In this document: positions 40,669 through 51,785 of the stretch, piece after piece
Layout: each line of letters begins with the position of its first letter
Position numbering within the stretch: position 1 is the stretch's first letter
DNA from: a candidate division FCPU426 bacterium
GTDB taxonomy: Bacteria > Oederibacteriota > Muellerivitia > Muellerivitales > Muellerivitaceae
NCBI GenBank assembly: GCA_963771075.1
Contig: CAVYSE010000028.1
Span: 256,001 to 320,000, forward strand
Length of the DNA stretch: 64,000 bases
Reading direction: 5' to 3'
Notes under the pieces: generated by a model
The model's input: the letters and a program-made list of their open reading frames with translations, nothing else
Told to the model about the DNA's origin: nothing
The model's database searches: none
Translations under genes and position numbers: made by a program

Positions 40669-41763
40669 TTATTTCAAGGCTGGCGCCTTCGGTTTGGTGA
40701 TATGCCGAACCCAGGGAAGCTTGGTCACCTTTGCCGGGACGGCTTTGCCCCGGATATCAACCGCCAGGTCCTTATCCAGGTATTCTTTTTTGACATAGGC
40801 CAGGGCGATCCCCTTCTTAAGAGTGGGCGAGAAAATGCCGCTGGTGATTTCCCCCGCCTCCTGCCCGTTGGAAACCACCTTGTAATGCTGGCGGGGAATG
40901 GCCTGGCCTTCAAGCGTAAGGCCAATGAGTTTACGGGATGGTTCTTTGCATAATGCCTCCCGGCCGTAGAATCCGCCTTTTTTATCCATTTTCACCGCCC
41001 AACCCAAACCCGCCTCGTAGGGCTGGGTGGACTCGTCGATATCATTGCCGTGCAGGGGCAGGCCGGCCTCCAGTCGGAGGGAATCCCGGGCCCCCAGACC
41101 GCAGGGGGACACTTCAGGTTGGGAGGCCAGTAAATCCCAGATCATGGGGGCGTCTTTCACATCTACCATCAATTCGTATCCATTCTCGCCGGTGTAGCCG
41201 GTGGCCATGATGGTGAGGGATTGGCCCTGCAGGGTTCCCTTGCCGAACCCGAAATAAGGAATCTTGTTTAAATCCACATCCTTCACCAGCCGGTCCAGGA
41301 CCTCATGGGCCCTGGGACCCTGTAGGGCAATGAACCCCGTCTGGTCGGAAAGAACTTCGATTCTCAGGTCTTTCCCCGCCGAGAGCTTCTTTAAATGCTC
41401 CACGTCGGTTTCACGCCCGCCCGCGTTGATGATCCAAAGGAACTTTTCGTTGGTTTCCTTGTAAATGATCACGTCATCGATAACGCCCCCCTGGGGGTTA
41501 AGGAGAAAGCCATAGAGGGCGCTTCCGAAAGGACAGAGGGTCAGGTCATTGGTGAATGCGTAATTGGAAAAGGAGTAGGCGTCGGGCCCCTCGATCCTCA
41601 GGCGGCCCATGTGGGTGATGTTGAATAGGCCGCAAGAGGCGCGGGTGGCCTCATGCTCAAAGAGGATGCCCTTGGCGTAGGAAACGGGCATATTCCAACC
41701 GTGAAAATCGACCAGTTTCGCACCGTGGGCTTGGTCCCAGGCCAGGCAGAAGGTATCGCGCAT
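40669..41763 (-). CDS. gcvT: Glycine cleavage T protein (aminomethyltransferase)
   Basis: FHGWNMPVSY, TGYTGENGYE, GLGARDSLRLEAG and TSGIFSPTL. Confidence 0.95.
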   Translation of the reverse strand: MRDTFCLAWDQAHGAKLVDFHGWNMPVSYAKGILFEHEATRASCGLFNITHMGRLRIEGPDAYSFSNYAFTNDLTLCPFGSALYGFLLNPQGGVIDDVIIYKETNEKFLWIINAGGRETDVEHLKKLSAGKDLRIEVLSDQTGFIALQGPRAHEVLDRLVKDVDLNKIPYFGFGKGTLQGQSLTIMATGYTGENGYELMVDVKDAPMIWDLLASQPEVSPCGLGARDSLRLEAGLPLHGNDIDESTQPYEAGLGWAVKMDKKGGFYGREALCKEPSRKLIGLTLEGQAIPRQHYKVVSNGQEAGEITSGIFSPTLKKGIALAYVKKEYLDKDLAVDIRGKAVPAKVTKLPWVRHITKPKAPALK

Positions 41764-41930
41764 GGGCAACCTCTTTCGATGAAATAATTAATCCTAAAAT
41801 CCAACCCAAAGCCACTAAGCCATAAAGAAACCAATTTTATTGTTCAAAAAAATTATTCTCTTCTTTGAGTCTTCGTGATGGATGTTGGTTAACTTTTATC
41901 GCAACAGTTTCTTTTGTAAAAAAACAAAAT

Positions 41931-42596
41931 TTACACGTCGGCGGAATATTTCATCAGGTACTCTTCCAGCTTTTCGGTCCGCTCATAACAATTCCGGTAG
42001 GAATCGGCCAAAAAAGCGAAATCCTTGTAGGGCATGGGCTTGTGCTCGATGAAATCCAATATCTCAAAAAAAGTGGAATTGTGGTTTTTCTCAAGAATGA
42101 GAATGAACTCACTGTCCAGGTAGCGTTCATAGGTCAGGATCTTGTCCATGGTCCGGCGGATCCTTCGCTTCTGGTGCTCCAAATACTCGAACCAGTTCCC
42201 GAAACCCAGGTAATCCAGTCGAGTGGAACGGTCGGTCGGGTTAATATTCTTGAAGATCTCCAAAAAATCCTCTTCCTTTAAGTTTTTCATATCGCACTGT
42301 CTCTTGGAAGCCGCCAGGAAGCTGTAAAAAATCCCCTTGGTGTCGCTGATCACCGACGACAAATAAGGGACGATGACCCGGTGGATGTTCTTACTGCTGA
42401 CCCGCTCGGGCAGGTAGATGGTGAGGGTGTAAAACACGAAGGAGGAGATATAGGAGAGGGTGATCCAAAGGATCACCTCGCTGCTATGGCCGTCCGCCAC
42501 ATAAACGAGGAAAGCCAGGGCCAAAAGGGCGATCAAAAACCAGGTCCGGCGAAGGAAAAAGTTGATTTCGCGGATGATTTTTTTAAGGAATTTCAT
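41931..42596 (-). CDS. Hypothetical protein with two N-terminal TM segments
   Basis: Open frame; hydrophobic N-terminus; no family recognised. Confidence 0.65.
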   Translation of the reverse strand: MKFLKKIIREINFFLRRTWFLIALLALAFLVYVADGHSSEVILWITLSYISSFVFYTLTIYLPERVSSKNIHRVIVPYLSSVISDTKGIFYSFLAASKRQCDMKNLKEEDFLEIFKNINPTDRSTRLDYLGFGNWFEYLEHQKRRIRRTMDKILTYERYLDSEFILILEKNHNSTFFEILDFIEHKPMPYKDFAFLADSYRNCYERTEKLEEYLMKYSADV

Positions 42597-42721
42597 GTCG
42601 GTCCCGGGGAAAAGGCGTGGGTTTAGTTTATCGGCTCTCGCGGACCCCATCAAGAACGATCCGCCAATGGACGGCTCGACAGCCTTGAGCGGAAAAAGGT
42701 TTGTGGTAGGATACCCGGCCT

Positions 42722-44329
42722 ATGACCGAACCCGCCCTTGCCAACGAGATCAAGAACGCGATCGCGAAACGCCGTACCTTCGCCATCATCAGCCATCCGG
42801 ACGCGGGCAAAACGACCCTGACCGAGAAACTTCTGCTTTATTCCGGCATGATCCAGACCGCCGGCATGGTGCGGGGCCGCAAGGGCGGCAAGGTGGCCGT
42901 GTCCGACTGGATGGGCATGGAGCAGGAACGGGGTATTTCCATCACCGCCTCGGCCATGCAGTTTCCCTATAAGAACGCCATCATCAACGTGCTGGATACG
43001 CCCGGCCACCAGGATTTTTCCGAGGATACCTACCGCACCCTCACCGCCGCCGATTGCGCCATCATGGTCATTGACGCCGCCAAGGGCGTGGAAACCCAAA
43101 CCCGCAAGCTCTTCGACGTCTGCCACCTGCGGGGCATCCCGGTCATGACCTTTATGAACAAGATGGACCTGCCCGGGCGGGACCCGCTGGACTTGATGCA
43201 GGAAGTGGAGCAGGTCTTGAAGATCCATTCCTCCGCCATCAACTGGCCCGTGGGCACGGGAGGGATTTCAGGGGCGTCATGGACCGGCGCACCCAAGAAT
43301 TGCTTTTGTTCTACCAAAATTTCCGTCGGCGGCGCCGCCAAGGGCTGCCGTGGACCGAATGTCTCTCCAAGACCCGACGCTGGAAGACCCGTCTGTACAC
43401 CCGAACTGATTGAAAAGCTGCGCCACGACCTGGAACTGCTGGAAGTCGCGGGAAACCCCTTCAACGACGATAAATTCTTGAACGGTGAAGTCACCCCCGT
43501 TTTTTTCGCCTCGGCCCTGAACAACTTCGGGGTGGAGCCTTTCTTCGACGCCTTCGTGGAAATGGCGCCCCCGCCCGGCGCCCGCACCGCCGACACCCCC
43601 GAAGGCGGGCGAAATGACCGTGGACCCGGTGGATACCCCCTTCTCGGCCTATGTGTTCAAACTGCAGGCCAACATGAACCCCAAGCACCGGGACAGCACG
43701 GCCTTCATGCGGGTCTGTTCGGGCCGATTTGAGCGGGACTTGGTAGTGAAGCACCACCGGTTGGGGAAGAGAACTGCGCCTTTCCCGCCCCCATTCCATG
43801 CTGGCTTCCGACCGCAATACCCTGGACGTGGCCTATCCGGGCGACATCGTGGGCGTGATCAACCCGGGAGTTTTTTCCATCGGCGATACCTTGTCACTGG
43901 AAGGCGGGTTCAATTTCAAACCCCTTCCCCAATTCCAGCCGGAAATTTTCGCCCAAGTCCGGCCCAAGGATGTTTCCAAGCGCAAATCCTTCGACAAGGG
44001 AGTCCAGCAGATGACCGAAGAAGGCACGGTGCAATTATTGAGGAGTTGGAGCGATCTGGATTTTTACGTGGCCGCCGTGGGGCGTCTGCAGTTTGACGTC
44101 TTGCAGTACCGGTTGAAAAGCCGAGTACGGGGCGGAGACCCAGTTGGAACTTTTGCCCTACCAATCGAGCGCCTGGCTGGTGGGCGATCCGGAAACCTTC
44201 GACCCGCCGGTGCAGGTGCTCAAAACCCGTGACCGCCGCGACCGGCCCGTGATTCTTTTCAAGACGCCCTGGGACAAGGAATACACCCAGCGCAAATGCC
44301 CGGACCACAAACTGGTGGATATGGGATAA
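42722..44329 (+). CDS. prfC: Peptide chain release factor 3 (several frameshifts)
   Basis: [64 protein letters not shown] and AVGRLQFDV, spread over several ORFs. Confidence 0.93.
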
Positions 44330-44763
44330 GGACGGTTAAATTCTGAACACGGCGGGACCGTCTTGGACGGCCGGGGGAACCCCGGCCTGGGGGGAACAGC
44401 TTAATGCTCGACGACGTCAAACGGCGCTGTTTGGCTCGGATCACGTTGCGCTCGCACCAACAGGACAGGCAATGGTGCGATCCCAGTTCATCCACGAAGA
44501 TGCTTCCGATTTCACCGACCTACGGCAGGCGTCACACTCAAACAACGGTTCTCCTTTGGGCTTTTTCCGTTAATAACATGTATTTCCTTTTTTTCCTTGG
44601 TCTTTTTCTCCGACCGTTTCATATCGTTCAGGCAATTCCAGCAATGGTAGCTGCCGTCATCCTCGACGATGTCGGTGAAAAGTTCTCCCACGTGCTGACA
44701 TCGGTCGCATTGGAACAAGACGCTTTCCGAGAATTGGTCCAGTTTCAGCATAGCGTCCTCCAA
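44259..44763 (-). CDS. Small protein with two tandem Cys4 zinc-finger-like repeats (frameshifted; 3' end uncertain)
   Basis: Repeat 1 FQCDRC...GSYHCWNC; repeat 2 rebuilt across frames as LFECDAC..VGEIGSIFVDELGSHHCLSC. Confidence 0.6.
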
Positions 44764-44939
44764 GACACCATCAGGATCAAGCGTTGGGTAGGTGTCGAAG
44801 GAGCGTCGGGTCGGTGTGGTTGAGAATTATTGTCGGATAAGGATGTTAAAAAATTGTTACACACAGGATGGAAACTTGTTACAAAAGGCCTCAAGCTACC
44901 CGGGTTGGATAGGGGGCTTGAACCCAGCGAGCGAGTACC

Positions 44940-45303
44940 TTACTTGGCGTAGAATCCCACCGATGTAATAATCCGGCGGGCCGAAAGTGCCGGGCCGGGC
45001 GGTGGCTGCAAAGGATGGTTCCCGGTGGGAAAGAAATAACCCCATTCATTTCGGCAGGTATTTTGCGGGTAATAGAAGCGGTATTTGGAAACGTCCTCGT
45101 GGGTCACCAAATAAAGGATCCGCCCGGTGGAGTGATAGGGCATGGTTTGAGTGGCGTTATAGGTAGTTACCGTGTGGTAAGGCCATTTCATGTCAAAGCG
45201 GGTCGAGGTGGTAGTGCTGGAAATAACCTTCATCGGCGGATCGGCCCAGGCCAACGAAGACCCAGGAAGGAAGAGGAATAACGCAAGGGCTTTTTTAAAT
45301 CAC
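44940..45303 (-). CDS. Exported hypothetical protein (start uncertain)
   Basis: The frame reads KKALALFLFLPGSSLAWA-D upstream of ORF 44940-45254. Confidence 0.5.
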
Positions 45304-45423
45304 CGGCTGTCTCCGGCAGGGATACATCCCATTCTAGATTGACCACCCCATCTTAAAACCTAACGGCACAAAACATAAAGACTGAACCACAAGTTTTGAC
45401 CTATTTTTCAATGATTTACGATA

Positions 45424-46714
45424 TCAATGAAAGTTAAAAATCTCATTGAGCGTCGGATGGGGGTGGACGACCCTTTTCAGTTCTTCCAAAAGTAATCCCC
45501 TTCGAAACCATCAAACAAGCCTCCCCGATCAGGTCCGTGGCCTCGGGACCCACGAATTGAACCCCCAGGATCCGCCCCGAGCCTCCTTCGGCGATGACCT
45601 TGCCCCAACCCTGGATCTCTCCCAGTATCCGGGCCTTGCTGTTGGCGGCGAAGTTGTTTTTATGGACTATGACATTGGGATAGACCCCCCGGGCTTCCTT
45701 TTCGGTATATCCCACCGAGGCGATCTCAGGCGAGGTGAAGACCACATGGGGAACCTTGTGGTCCTCCATGGATTCAGCGTGTCCCTTCCCTTCTATATCC
45801 TGAGCCGCGAGCCGGGCATGCTCATAAGCCGTATGGGCATAGGGATAGTTGCCCGTCAAATCGCCGATGGCATAAACCCCCGGAAGGGAAGTTCGCATTT
45901 GTCCGTTGGTCTTGATCTTGGGGCCTTGTTTTTCCAACCCCAAGGCGGGTAATCCCGCCAAGTCGCTGTTAGGCACCCTTCCCGCCGCCACCAAAACCAG
46001 TTCCTCGTTTTTCCTTTCCACCTTGGGCAATCCCAACTCGATCTCCACCCCAAGTTTTCGCAGGGCGTTGATCAAATGCTGGGCCGCTTCCTCATCCATG
46101 GTTGGTAAAACCTGGGAAAGCACATCCCCCACCCTCACCTTCACGCCTAGTTGGGCGTAAAGGCATGCAAATTCCAAACCAATAACCCCCGCGCCGACGA
46201 TGAGGAGGGATTGGGGAAGCCGGGGCTGGGTCAGCAATTCATCACTGGTCACGATGAACTCCCCAACCGGGAAATCGGATAGCTGACGGGGCCGGGAACC
46301 CAGGGCGAGGATCAGGAATTTCCCTTGGTATTCCTCTCCCTGGCATGCAACCAGGTCCGGGGCTTTCACCATCCCCTCTCCCTGGATGACTTCAATCTTG
46401 GAAGCCGCCAACTGGGACTGGATGCCCCTTTCAAGGATGGAAATGGTTTTTTGGGACCGCTCGACGAGCGTTTGGAAATTAAACTTCACGTTTTCCGCCT
46501 CGATGCCCCAGGCCTTTCCCTCCTTGGAAAGAAGGTAGAAACGGGCCGCGGCGGACTGGAGCAGTTTAGTTGGGATACAACCGACATGAAGGCAGGAACC
46601 GCCGATTTTCTTCTTCTCGAACAGGGCCACGGTCTTGCCCTGGCGGGCCAGCCGCAAGGCCGCGCTGTAGCCGCCCGGGCCACCTCCCAACACCAACGCG
46701 TCGTATTTTTTCAT
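45424..46714 (-). CDS. lpdA: Dihydrolipoamide dehydrogenase (frameshift near 45490)
   Basis: GGGPGGY, GGSCLHVGCIPTK and GAGVIGLE; the alternative-frame C-terminus reads LEELKRVVHPHPTLNEIFNFH*. Confidence 0.92.
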
Positions 46715-46788
46715 GGGGTCCCCCGCTGGATGACAAGCGGGATTAGTTTCTCAAACCCGGGAGGGGAAGGCACCTGGAAAATCACTCC

Positions 46789-47472
46789 CTATTGGGTGAA
46801 GACAATGCCTTCTTCCTCGAAAGAATGGCGGATACCCCTTTCCAAATTTTCTTGGCTGACGGGGTCCAGGACCGGGTCCTCGTTCAAACCCGTCATGTTG
46901 TCCAATCCGGATCCGGGAAAGGCCTTTTTCCATTCATCCGCCACCCGAAGGAGTATGACGCCCTGCTGGAGAAAAACTTCCCCCCTGCGGGCTTGGGCCC
47001 CACCCGCCACTTTCTTCCCTTTCCAGGTTAACTCGGCCTGGCTGGGTGCCGAGAAACAATGGGGATCCCCCAAGCCCAAATGTTTGTCCTCGCTCATGCA
47101 AACATCCCTGCCAAGGGATTGGATGCCTCTGGCCAGGATCTTCCCGATCCGGCAGTAGCTTTCGATCAATGCGCCTCCGACCACCGGATCCTGTTTTGAA
47201 GCAAGCAGGGCATAACAAAGGTCCCCCGGGCCATGAAGAACCCCCCGCCCTCCCGTGGGCCTGATTTCATGCGGAAAGGGAAGGCGTTGAACTCTCAACC
47301 GCCGAGCCTCCAAACGACCCAAGGTGAGGGTAGGCGTTGGAAAATTAAAAAATCGAAGGATGGGCGGGTCTTCCGGATGGAAATCGGTGAACAATTTCCC
47401 GTCGTAATCCATTTGCCCCATGGATGGGACAAGGTTGGATGGAATATAGCGCCATGGTTTCATGCGGGGCAT
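46789..47472 (-). CDS. Lipoate-protein ligase / LipM-like octanoyltransferase
   Basis: RPTGGRGVLH, DLCY, HCF and GKKVAGGAQAR...LQQG. Confidence 0.85.
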   Translation of the reverse strand: MPRMKPWRYIPSNLVPSMGQMDYDGKLFTDFHPEDPPILRFFNFPTPTLTLGRLEARRLRVQRLPFPHEIRPTGGRGVLHGPGDLCYALLASKQDPVVGGALIESYCRIGKILARGIQSLGRDVCMSEDKHLGLGDPHCFSAPSQAELTWKGKKVAGGAQARRGEVFLQQGVILLRVADEWKKAFPGSGLDNMTGLNEDPVLDPVSQENLERGIRHSFEEEGIVFTQ

Positions 47473-48214
47473 TTTAAGTTTGGAAGGAACAAATGGGAAT
47501 CAGAACATTGGGGTCAGGTCTTCATTTTATATTATCTATCCGGGCCTTGAACCTCGCCTCTCCCTCCATCCTCTTCTTTACCATCGCTATCCGGTTCCCC
47601 ACGGCCGAATATTTTACACCAAATTTTTCCGCGATCTCTTTCAGGCTCATCTGTGCTCTTTTTCGTAGAAGGTACATACCAACGTCCCTCGCCTCGTTGG
47701 CCTTGTGGAACTTAGTCGTGATTTCCTTTTCCTCAACCTTATATGCTTTCGAGACCTTTTGGATAACATCTTCCGCCGTATGTTTCTCGATCCGATGGTG
47801 TTTCATCGGTATTTCCGGGTCTTTCTTATCCAACAACCCCTTTAATTTCTCCTTTAGACCCTCACCCCCGTAATAAACCCCACCCTCCATCTTTTCCCAT
47901 GGCGATTCCTTTTTTCGCAACCCTTCCAATACGAACTTCCGATAGGCTCTTTGGGCTTGCTTGGATTGCCTGCCAAATTGCCCCAATACCCAATCCACCT
48001 CAAACCAAGGTTCTTTCTTCTCGATCCCGGCCGTCGCCCGATAGCTGCTCCACTTCCATTTCCGGGGATGTTTCACCAACCGCGCTCTTACCGGGTTCAA
48101 GACCACATATCGGCACAACTCCAACAAATGGGTTCCCTTTTCCACGTGGATCGCCTTATAACGGCCTTGAAAGAGATGCCCTACCCGGTTATTCCGTCGA
48201 TTGAATTTCTGGGT

Positions 48215-49627
48215 CACTCTTGTCCTAAATAAAGGACTAAAAAAAGACACCTCCGACTGAAGTAGAATTGGGTTAGTCGACAAGCCCAAAGCGACGGTTA
48301 CCAGCCGTCGCTACTTCAAACATCCGGAGGCGTATTTCGATGGTACCACCAACCAGTCTTTTTGCCCAAGTGTTGAAAATTGTGGATCGCACGGCTTTTG
48401 AACGAATTGTGCGGGAGTTTGAAGCCGAAAAACACGCCAAGGGGTTCAGTTGCTGGAATCAGTTTGTTTCCATGCTTTTCTGCCAGATGGGAGCCGCCCA
48501 TTCCTTGAGGGAAATCTGTGGTGGCCTCCACACGGCCCTTGGGAAATTGACCCATTTGGGTCTTTGCGAAGCACCCACTAAATCCACCTTGGCTTACGCT
48601 AACGCCAACCGTCCTTGGCAGGTTCAGCAAAGTCTTTTCTACCATCTGCTATCGAAGTGTCAGCTACAGGCGGCCATCTCGAAGAGGAAATTCAAGTTCA
48701 AGAATCCCCTCTACAGCCTGGACTCCAGCACCATTGATCTTTGTTTGTCAGTCTTCGACTGGGCAAAGTTCCGTAGGACCAAAGGGGCCATCAAACTCCA
48801 TCTCTTGCTGGATCATCAGGGATACTTGCCCTGCTGGGGACTCGTAACGGAGGGAGGCGTGCATGACGTGAAAGTGGCTCAAAAGCTGGATTTTCCGGTG
48901 GATTCAATCGTAGTGATGGATCGGGGATATGTGGATTTCTTTCTTCTGGCCCGATGGACGTTCCAAGGCGTGTGGTGGGTGACCCGTGCCAAGATCAACA
49001 TGGCCTACGAGGTGGTGAAGAACCTGCCGGTTCCGAAAACGGGCAACGTCCTGAAGGACCAAGTGATACGGTTAACAACGTTTCGGTCACAGGAAGCCTA
49101 CCCGAAAGAGATGCGACGAGTGGTGGTATGGGACGAAGACCAGAAGCGGGAACTCGTATTCCTTACCAACCACATGGGTTTTGCTGCCTCGACGGTGGCG
49201 GCCATCTACAAGGAACGTTGGCAGATCGAGTTGTTCTTCAAGGCTCTCAAGCAGAACTTACGGGTGAAGACTTTCGTAGGGACCACTGAGAATGCTGTTC
49301 AGACGCAGATTTGGACAGCATTGATTGCCATGCTGCTGTTGAAATTCCTTCAACTGAAGAGCCATATCGCCTGGAGCCTGTCCCACTTGGCGGCCATGCT
49401 GCGGATGAATCTATTGACCTACCGCGATTTGTGGGCTTGGTTGGATGCACCATTCCTGGTGGCGAGATTGGAACCGGCGGAAAAACAGATGGAATTAATA
49501 CCCTCGTGATTTGGACAGCATCCGGACGAAAGGGGGGGGCTTATCCCTGGAAATTCACAAACCTGTCCAAAATCGCTTGTTTTTCTTGGGGGGCAGCGGT
49601 CAGATTGAGTTGTTTAGGATAGCAGTG
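48215..49627 (+). mobile_element. IS4-family insertion sequence, 1413 bp, 9-bp target duplication
   Basis: Imperfect terminal inverted repeats CACTCTTGTCCTAAATAA / CACTGCTATCCTAAACAA; TTTCTGGGT at 48206-48214 and 49628-49636, but single in the uninterrupted copy near 50278. Confidence 0.93.
48340..49509 (+). CDS. IS4-family DDE transposase
   Basis: LDSSTIDL, KLHLLLD, MDRGY and the YREK-like YKERWQIELFFKALK. Confidence 0.95.
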   Translation: MVPPTSLFAQVLKIVDRTAFERIVREFEAEKHAKGFSCWNQFVSMLFCQMGAAHSLREICGGLHTALGKLTHLGLCEAPTKSTLAYANANRPWQVQQSLFYHLLSKCQLQAAISKRKFKFKNPLYSLDSSTIDLCLSVFDWAKFRRTKGAIKLHLLLDHQGYLPCWGLVTEGGVHDVKVAQKLDFPVDSIVVMDRGYVDFFLLARWTFQGVWWVTRAKINMAYEVVKNLPVPKTGNVLKDQVIRLTTFRSQEAYPKEMRRVVVWDEDQKRELVFLTNHMGFAASTVAAIYKERWQIELFFKALKQNLRVKTFVGTTENAVQTQIWTALIAMLLLKFLQLKSHIAWSLSHLAAMLRMNLLTYRDLWAWLDAPFLVARLEPAEKQMELIPS

Positions 49628-49869
49628 TTTCTGGGTATAAACACCATTCAGGTGCCGTATGGCCCGTGACAAGTTGGCTTCCGGCGTCTCCACCAACAAG
49701 TGGTAATGATTATCCATCAATACCCAGGCATGGCACATCACATGATGATCCTCCACGACTTGGGCCAATACCCACAAAAACAATTCCCGGTCCTTATCCG
49801 ACCGGACAATGTTTTTCCGCTCGTTCCCCCGCGAGGTAACGTGATAAACAGCGCCTTCATAATGCACTC

Positions 49870-50535
49870 TTAACGGTCTAGCCATTTGCGGATCTTATCA
49901 CAAAGATAATATAAAATGAAGACCTGACCCCGTTGTTCTTTATTATAAACCCCACCCTCCATCTTTTCCCATGGCGATTCCTTTTTTCGCAACCCTTCCA
50001 ATACGAACTTCCGATAGGCTCTTTGGGCTTGCTTGGATTGCCTGCCAAATTGCCCCAATACCCAATCCACCTCAAACCAAGGTTCTTTCTTCTCGATCCC
50101 GGCCGTCGCCCGATAGCTGCTCCACTTCCATTTCCGGGGATGTTTCACCAACCGCGCTCTTACCGGGTTCAAGACCACATATCGGCACAACTCCAACAAA
50201 TGGGTTCCCTTTTCCACGTGAATCGCCTTATAACGGCCTTGAAAGAGATGCCCTACCCGGTTATTCCGTCGATTGAATTTCTGGGTATAAACACCATTCA
50301 GGTGCCGTATGGCCCGTGACAAGTTGGCTTCCGGCGTCTCCACCAACAAGTGGTAATGATTATCCATCAATACCCAGGCATGGCACATCACATGATGATC
50401 CTCCACGACTTGGGCCAATACCCACAAAAACAATTCCCGGTCCTTATCCGACCGGACAATGTTTTTCCGCTCGTTCCCCCGCGAGGTAACGTGATAAACA
50501 GCGCCTTCATAATGCACTCTTAACGGTCTAGCCAT
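49870..50535 (-). pseudogene. 3'-truncated second copy of the RAYT-like transposase
   Basis: Matches the other copy up to GGVY, then reads into the duplicated 5' flank; keeps HYH and the catalytic-Tyr motif but lacks the HTH. Confidence 0.85.
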
Positions 50536-50591
50536 TTGCGGATCTTATCACAAAGATAATATAAAATGAAGACCTGACCCCGTTGTTCTTT

Positions 50592-50761
50592 TTTTGCTCA
50601 GGGAATATATCGCCCATTTTCACGCCGAACGCGTTCATCAAGGGCTTCAAGCCATCCCTTTCCCATCGCCTGAAACCGACAGGGGCAGTCCTAAAGGAAG
50701 AATATTACGCCGCCAACGTTTAGGCGGCTTGCTCAATTTCTATTACCGGGAGGCCGCATGA
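50592..50761 (+). pseudogene. C-terminal remnant of an rve integrase-core (IS481/IS3-like) transposase
   Basis: Manual translation LLREYIAHFHAERVHQGL...GRILRRQRLGGLLNFYYREAA*; cut off at the RAYT element end. Confidence 0.7.
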
Positions 50762-50889
50762 CCTCGACGGAATTTTTGCACCATAAGGCGTAGGCATTCC
50801 CACACCAAAGGCCACGCCCTTGATCATGGCCAATATCAAAATCAGTACCAAACAATTCATGTTTCCTTCTCTGCTTCGCAAACTAGTAA

Positions 50890-51639
50890 TCAACAATCAA
50901 ATGAAAACTCTTTCAGTATTTCAGGGGCATCTATTTCGTTAAATCTTTTTATGAGATACATGGTTCTCTCAATCAACGCGGGAACGTCCTCAGGATAAAG
51001 ACTACCCGGCCATTCAGAAGCCACCGAAAGGGCATATTCATATCGAAAAATGTACTTTATTTGTAGATCTTTTTTGTAAGAAATATCGAAACAAAGGAAA
51101 TCCGAATCATAATGGCTTAAAGTTAAATCTGTTCGAACCATCCACTCTGCTATGGCCCTTTCAAAGAAAATTTCACCAGGGTCGAAACGCTTTTCCTTTT
51201 CACCGAAAAAGGTTCGACATCTTTCAAGTAACGGCTTCTTAAAGAGATTGACCATATCGGCTTTTTTTATTTTTCTATCTTGGGCCATTCTTTCGGGCTT
51301 AATACTCTCCAGATATAATTCGTGTTGGATTTTTTTTGTCTCCAGCTCTATTTCTTCGATTTTTTTTTGTTCAGAGGCGTTTACTAGTTCTTCCATTTTT
51401 GACAATATTTCTTTGTAACATTCCTTGAGCGAAGCCATGATCAAAAGGTCGTATTCTTGTTTAGACCCTTTTTTAGCTAAATTAAGAATAGCCTTGGCAC
51501 GGCTGTCTCTAAACCCGGAAAGCAATTGAAAATCTTCCGAACGATCTTTTAGCAAGGCCCAACGGGCCCAATTATATTCCCTAATACTAAAACGTTCTTC
51601 GATTACTAATATCTTTTCATTTGAAAGCGACAATGTCAT
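50890..51639 (-). CDS. AT-rich hypothetical protein
   Basis: 249-aa ORF with an AAGGAG RBS; visibly lower GC than its surroundings. Confidence 0.7.
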   Translation of the reverse strand: MTLSLSNEKILVIEERFSIREYNWARWALLKDRSEDFQLLSGFRDSRAKAILNLAKKGSKQEYDLLIMASLKECYKEILSKMEELVNASEQKKIEEIELETKKIQHELYLESIKPERMAQDRKIKKADMVNLFKKPLLERCRTFFGEKEKRFDPGEIFFERAIAEWMVRTDLTLSHYDSDFLCFDISYKKDLQIKYIFRYEYALSVASEWPGSLYPEDVPALIERTMYLIKRFNEIDAPEILKEFSFDC

Positions 51640-51785
51640 TTCTCCTTATATACCACCTTCAACTGCTAATCCTTGGGCAACCACAGTTTCTCCCTCCAAA
51701 GCCGTCATTTCCGCCTGCGTATATTTTGCAATTAATCTAGAAATTGCCGAAAATTCAAATAAATTCCCAGCACCACCCGCTTCAA

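Larger units (their letters stand above)
47522..49885 (-). pseudogene. RAYT-like Y1 transposase with a C-terminal DnaA_C-like HTH, split by IS4
   Basis: N-terminal part MARPLR...YHVTSRGN...LMDNHYHLL (49628-49885); C-terminal part GHLFQGRYKA...RYVVLNPVRA...WSSY...EARDVGMYL (47522-48214). Confidence 0.9.
47503..50590 (-). mobile_element. Y1 (RAYT-like) transposase element with inverted ends, partly duplicated and IS4-interrupted
   Basis: End motif GGGGTCAGGTCTTCATTTTATATTATCT on + at ~47510 and on - at ~49904-49931 and ~50554-50581; 650-bp internal duplication. Confidence 0.8.

Noticed and set aside
42722..44329. Programmed frameshifting in prfC
   Set aside because: Programmed frameshifting is known for prfB, not prfC. 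There are several shifts here, and similar breaks occur across the window.
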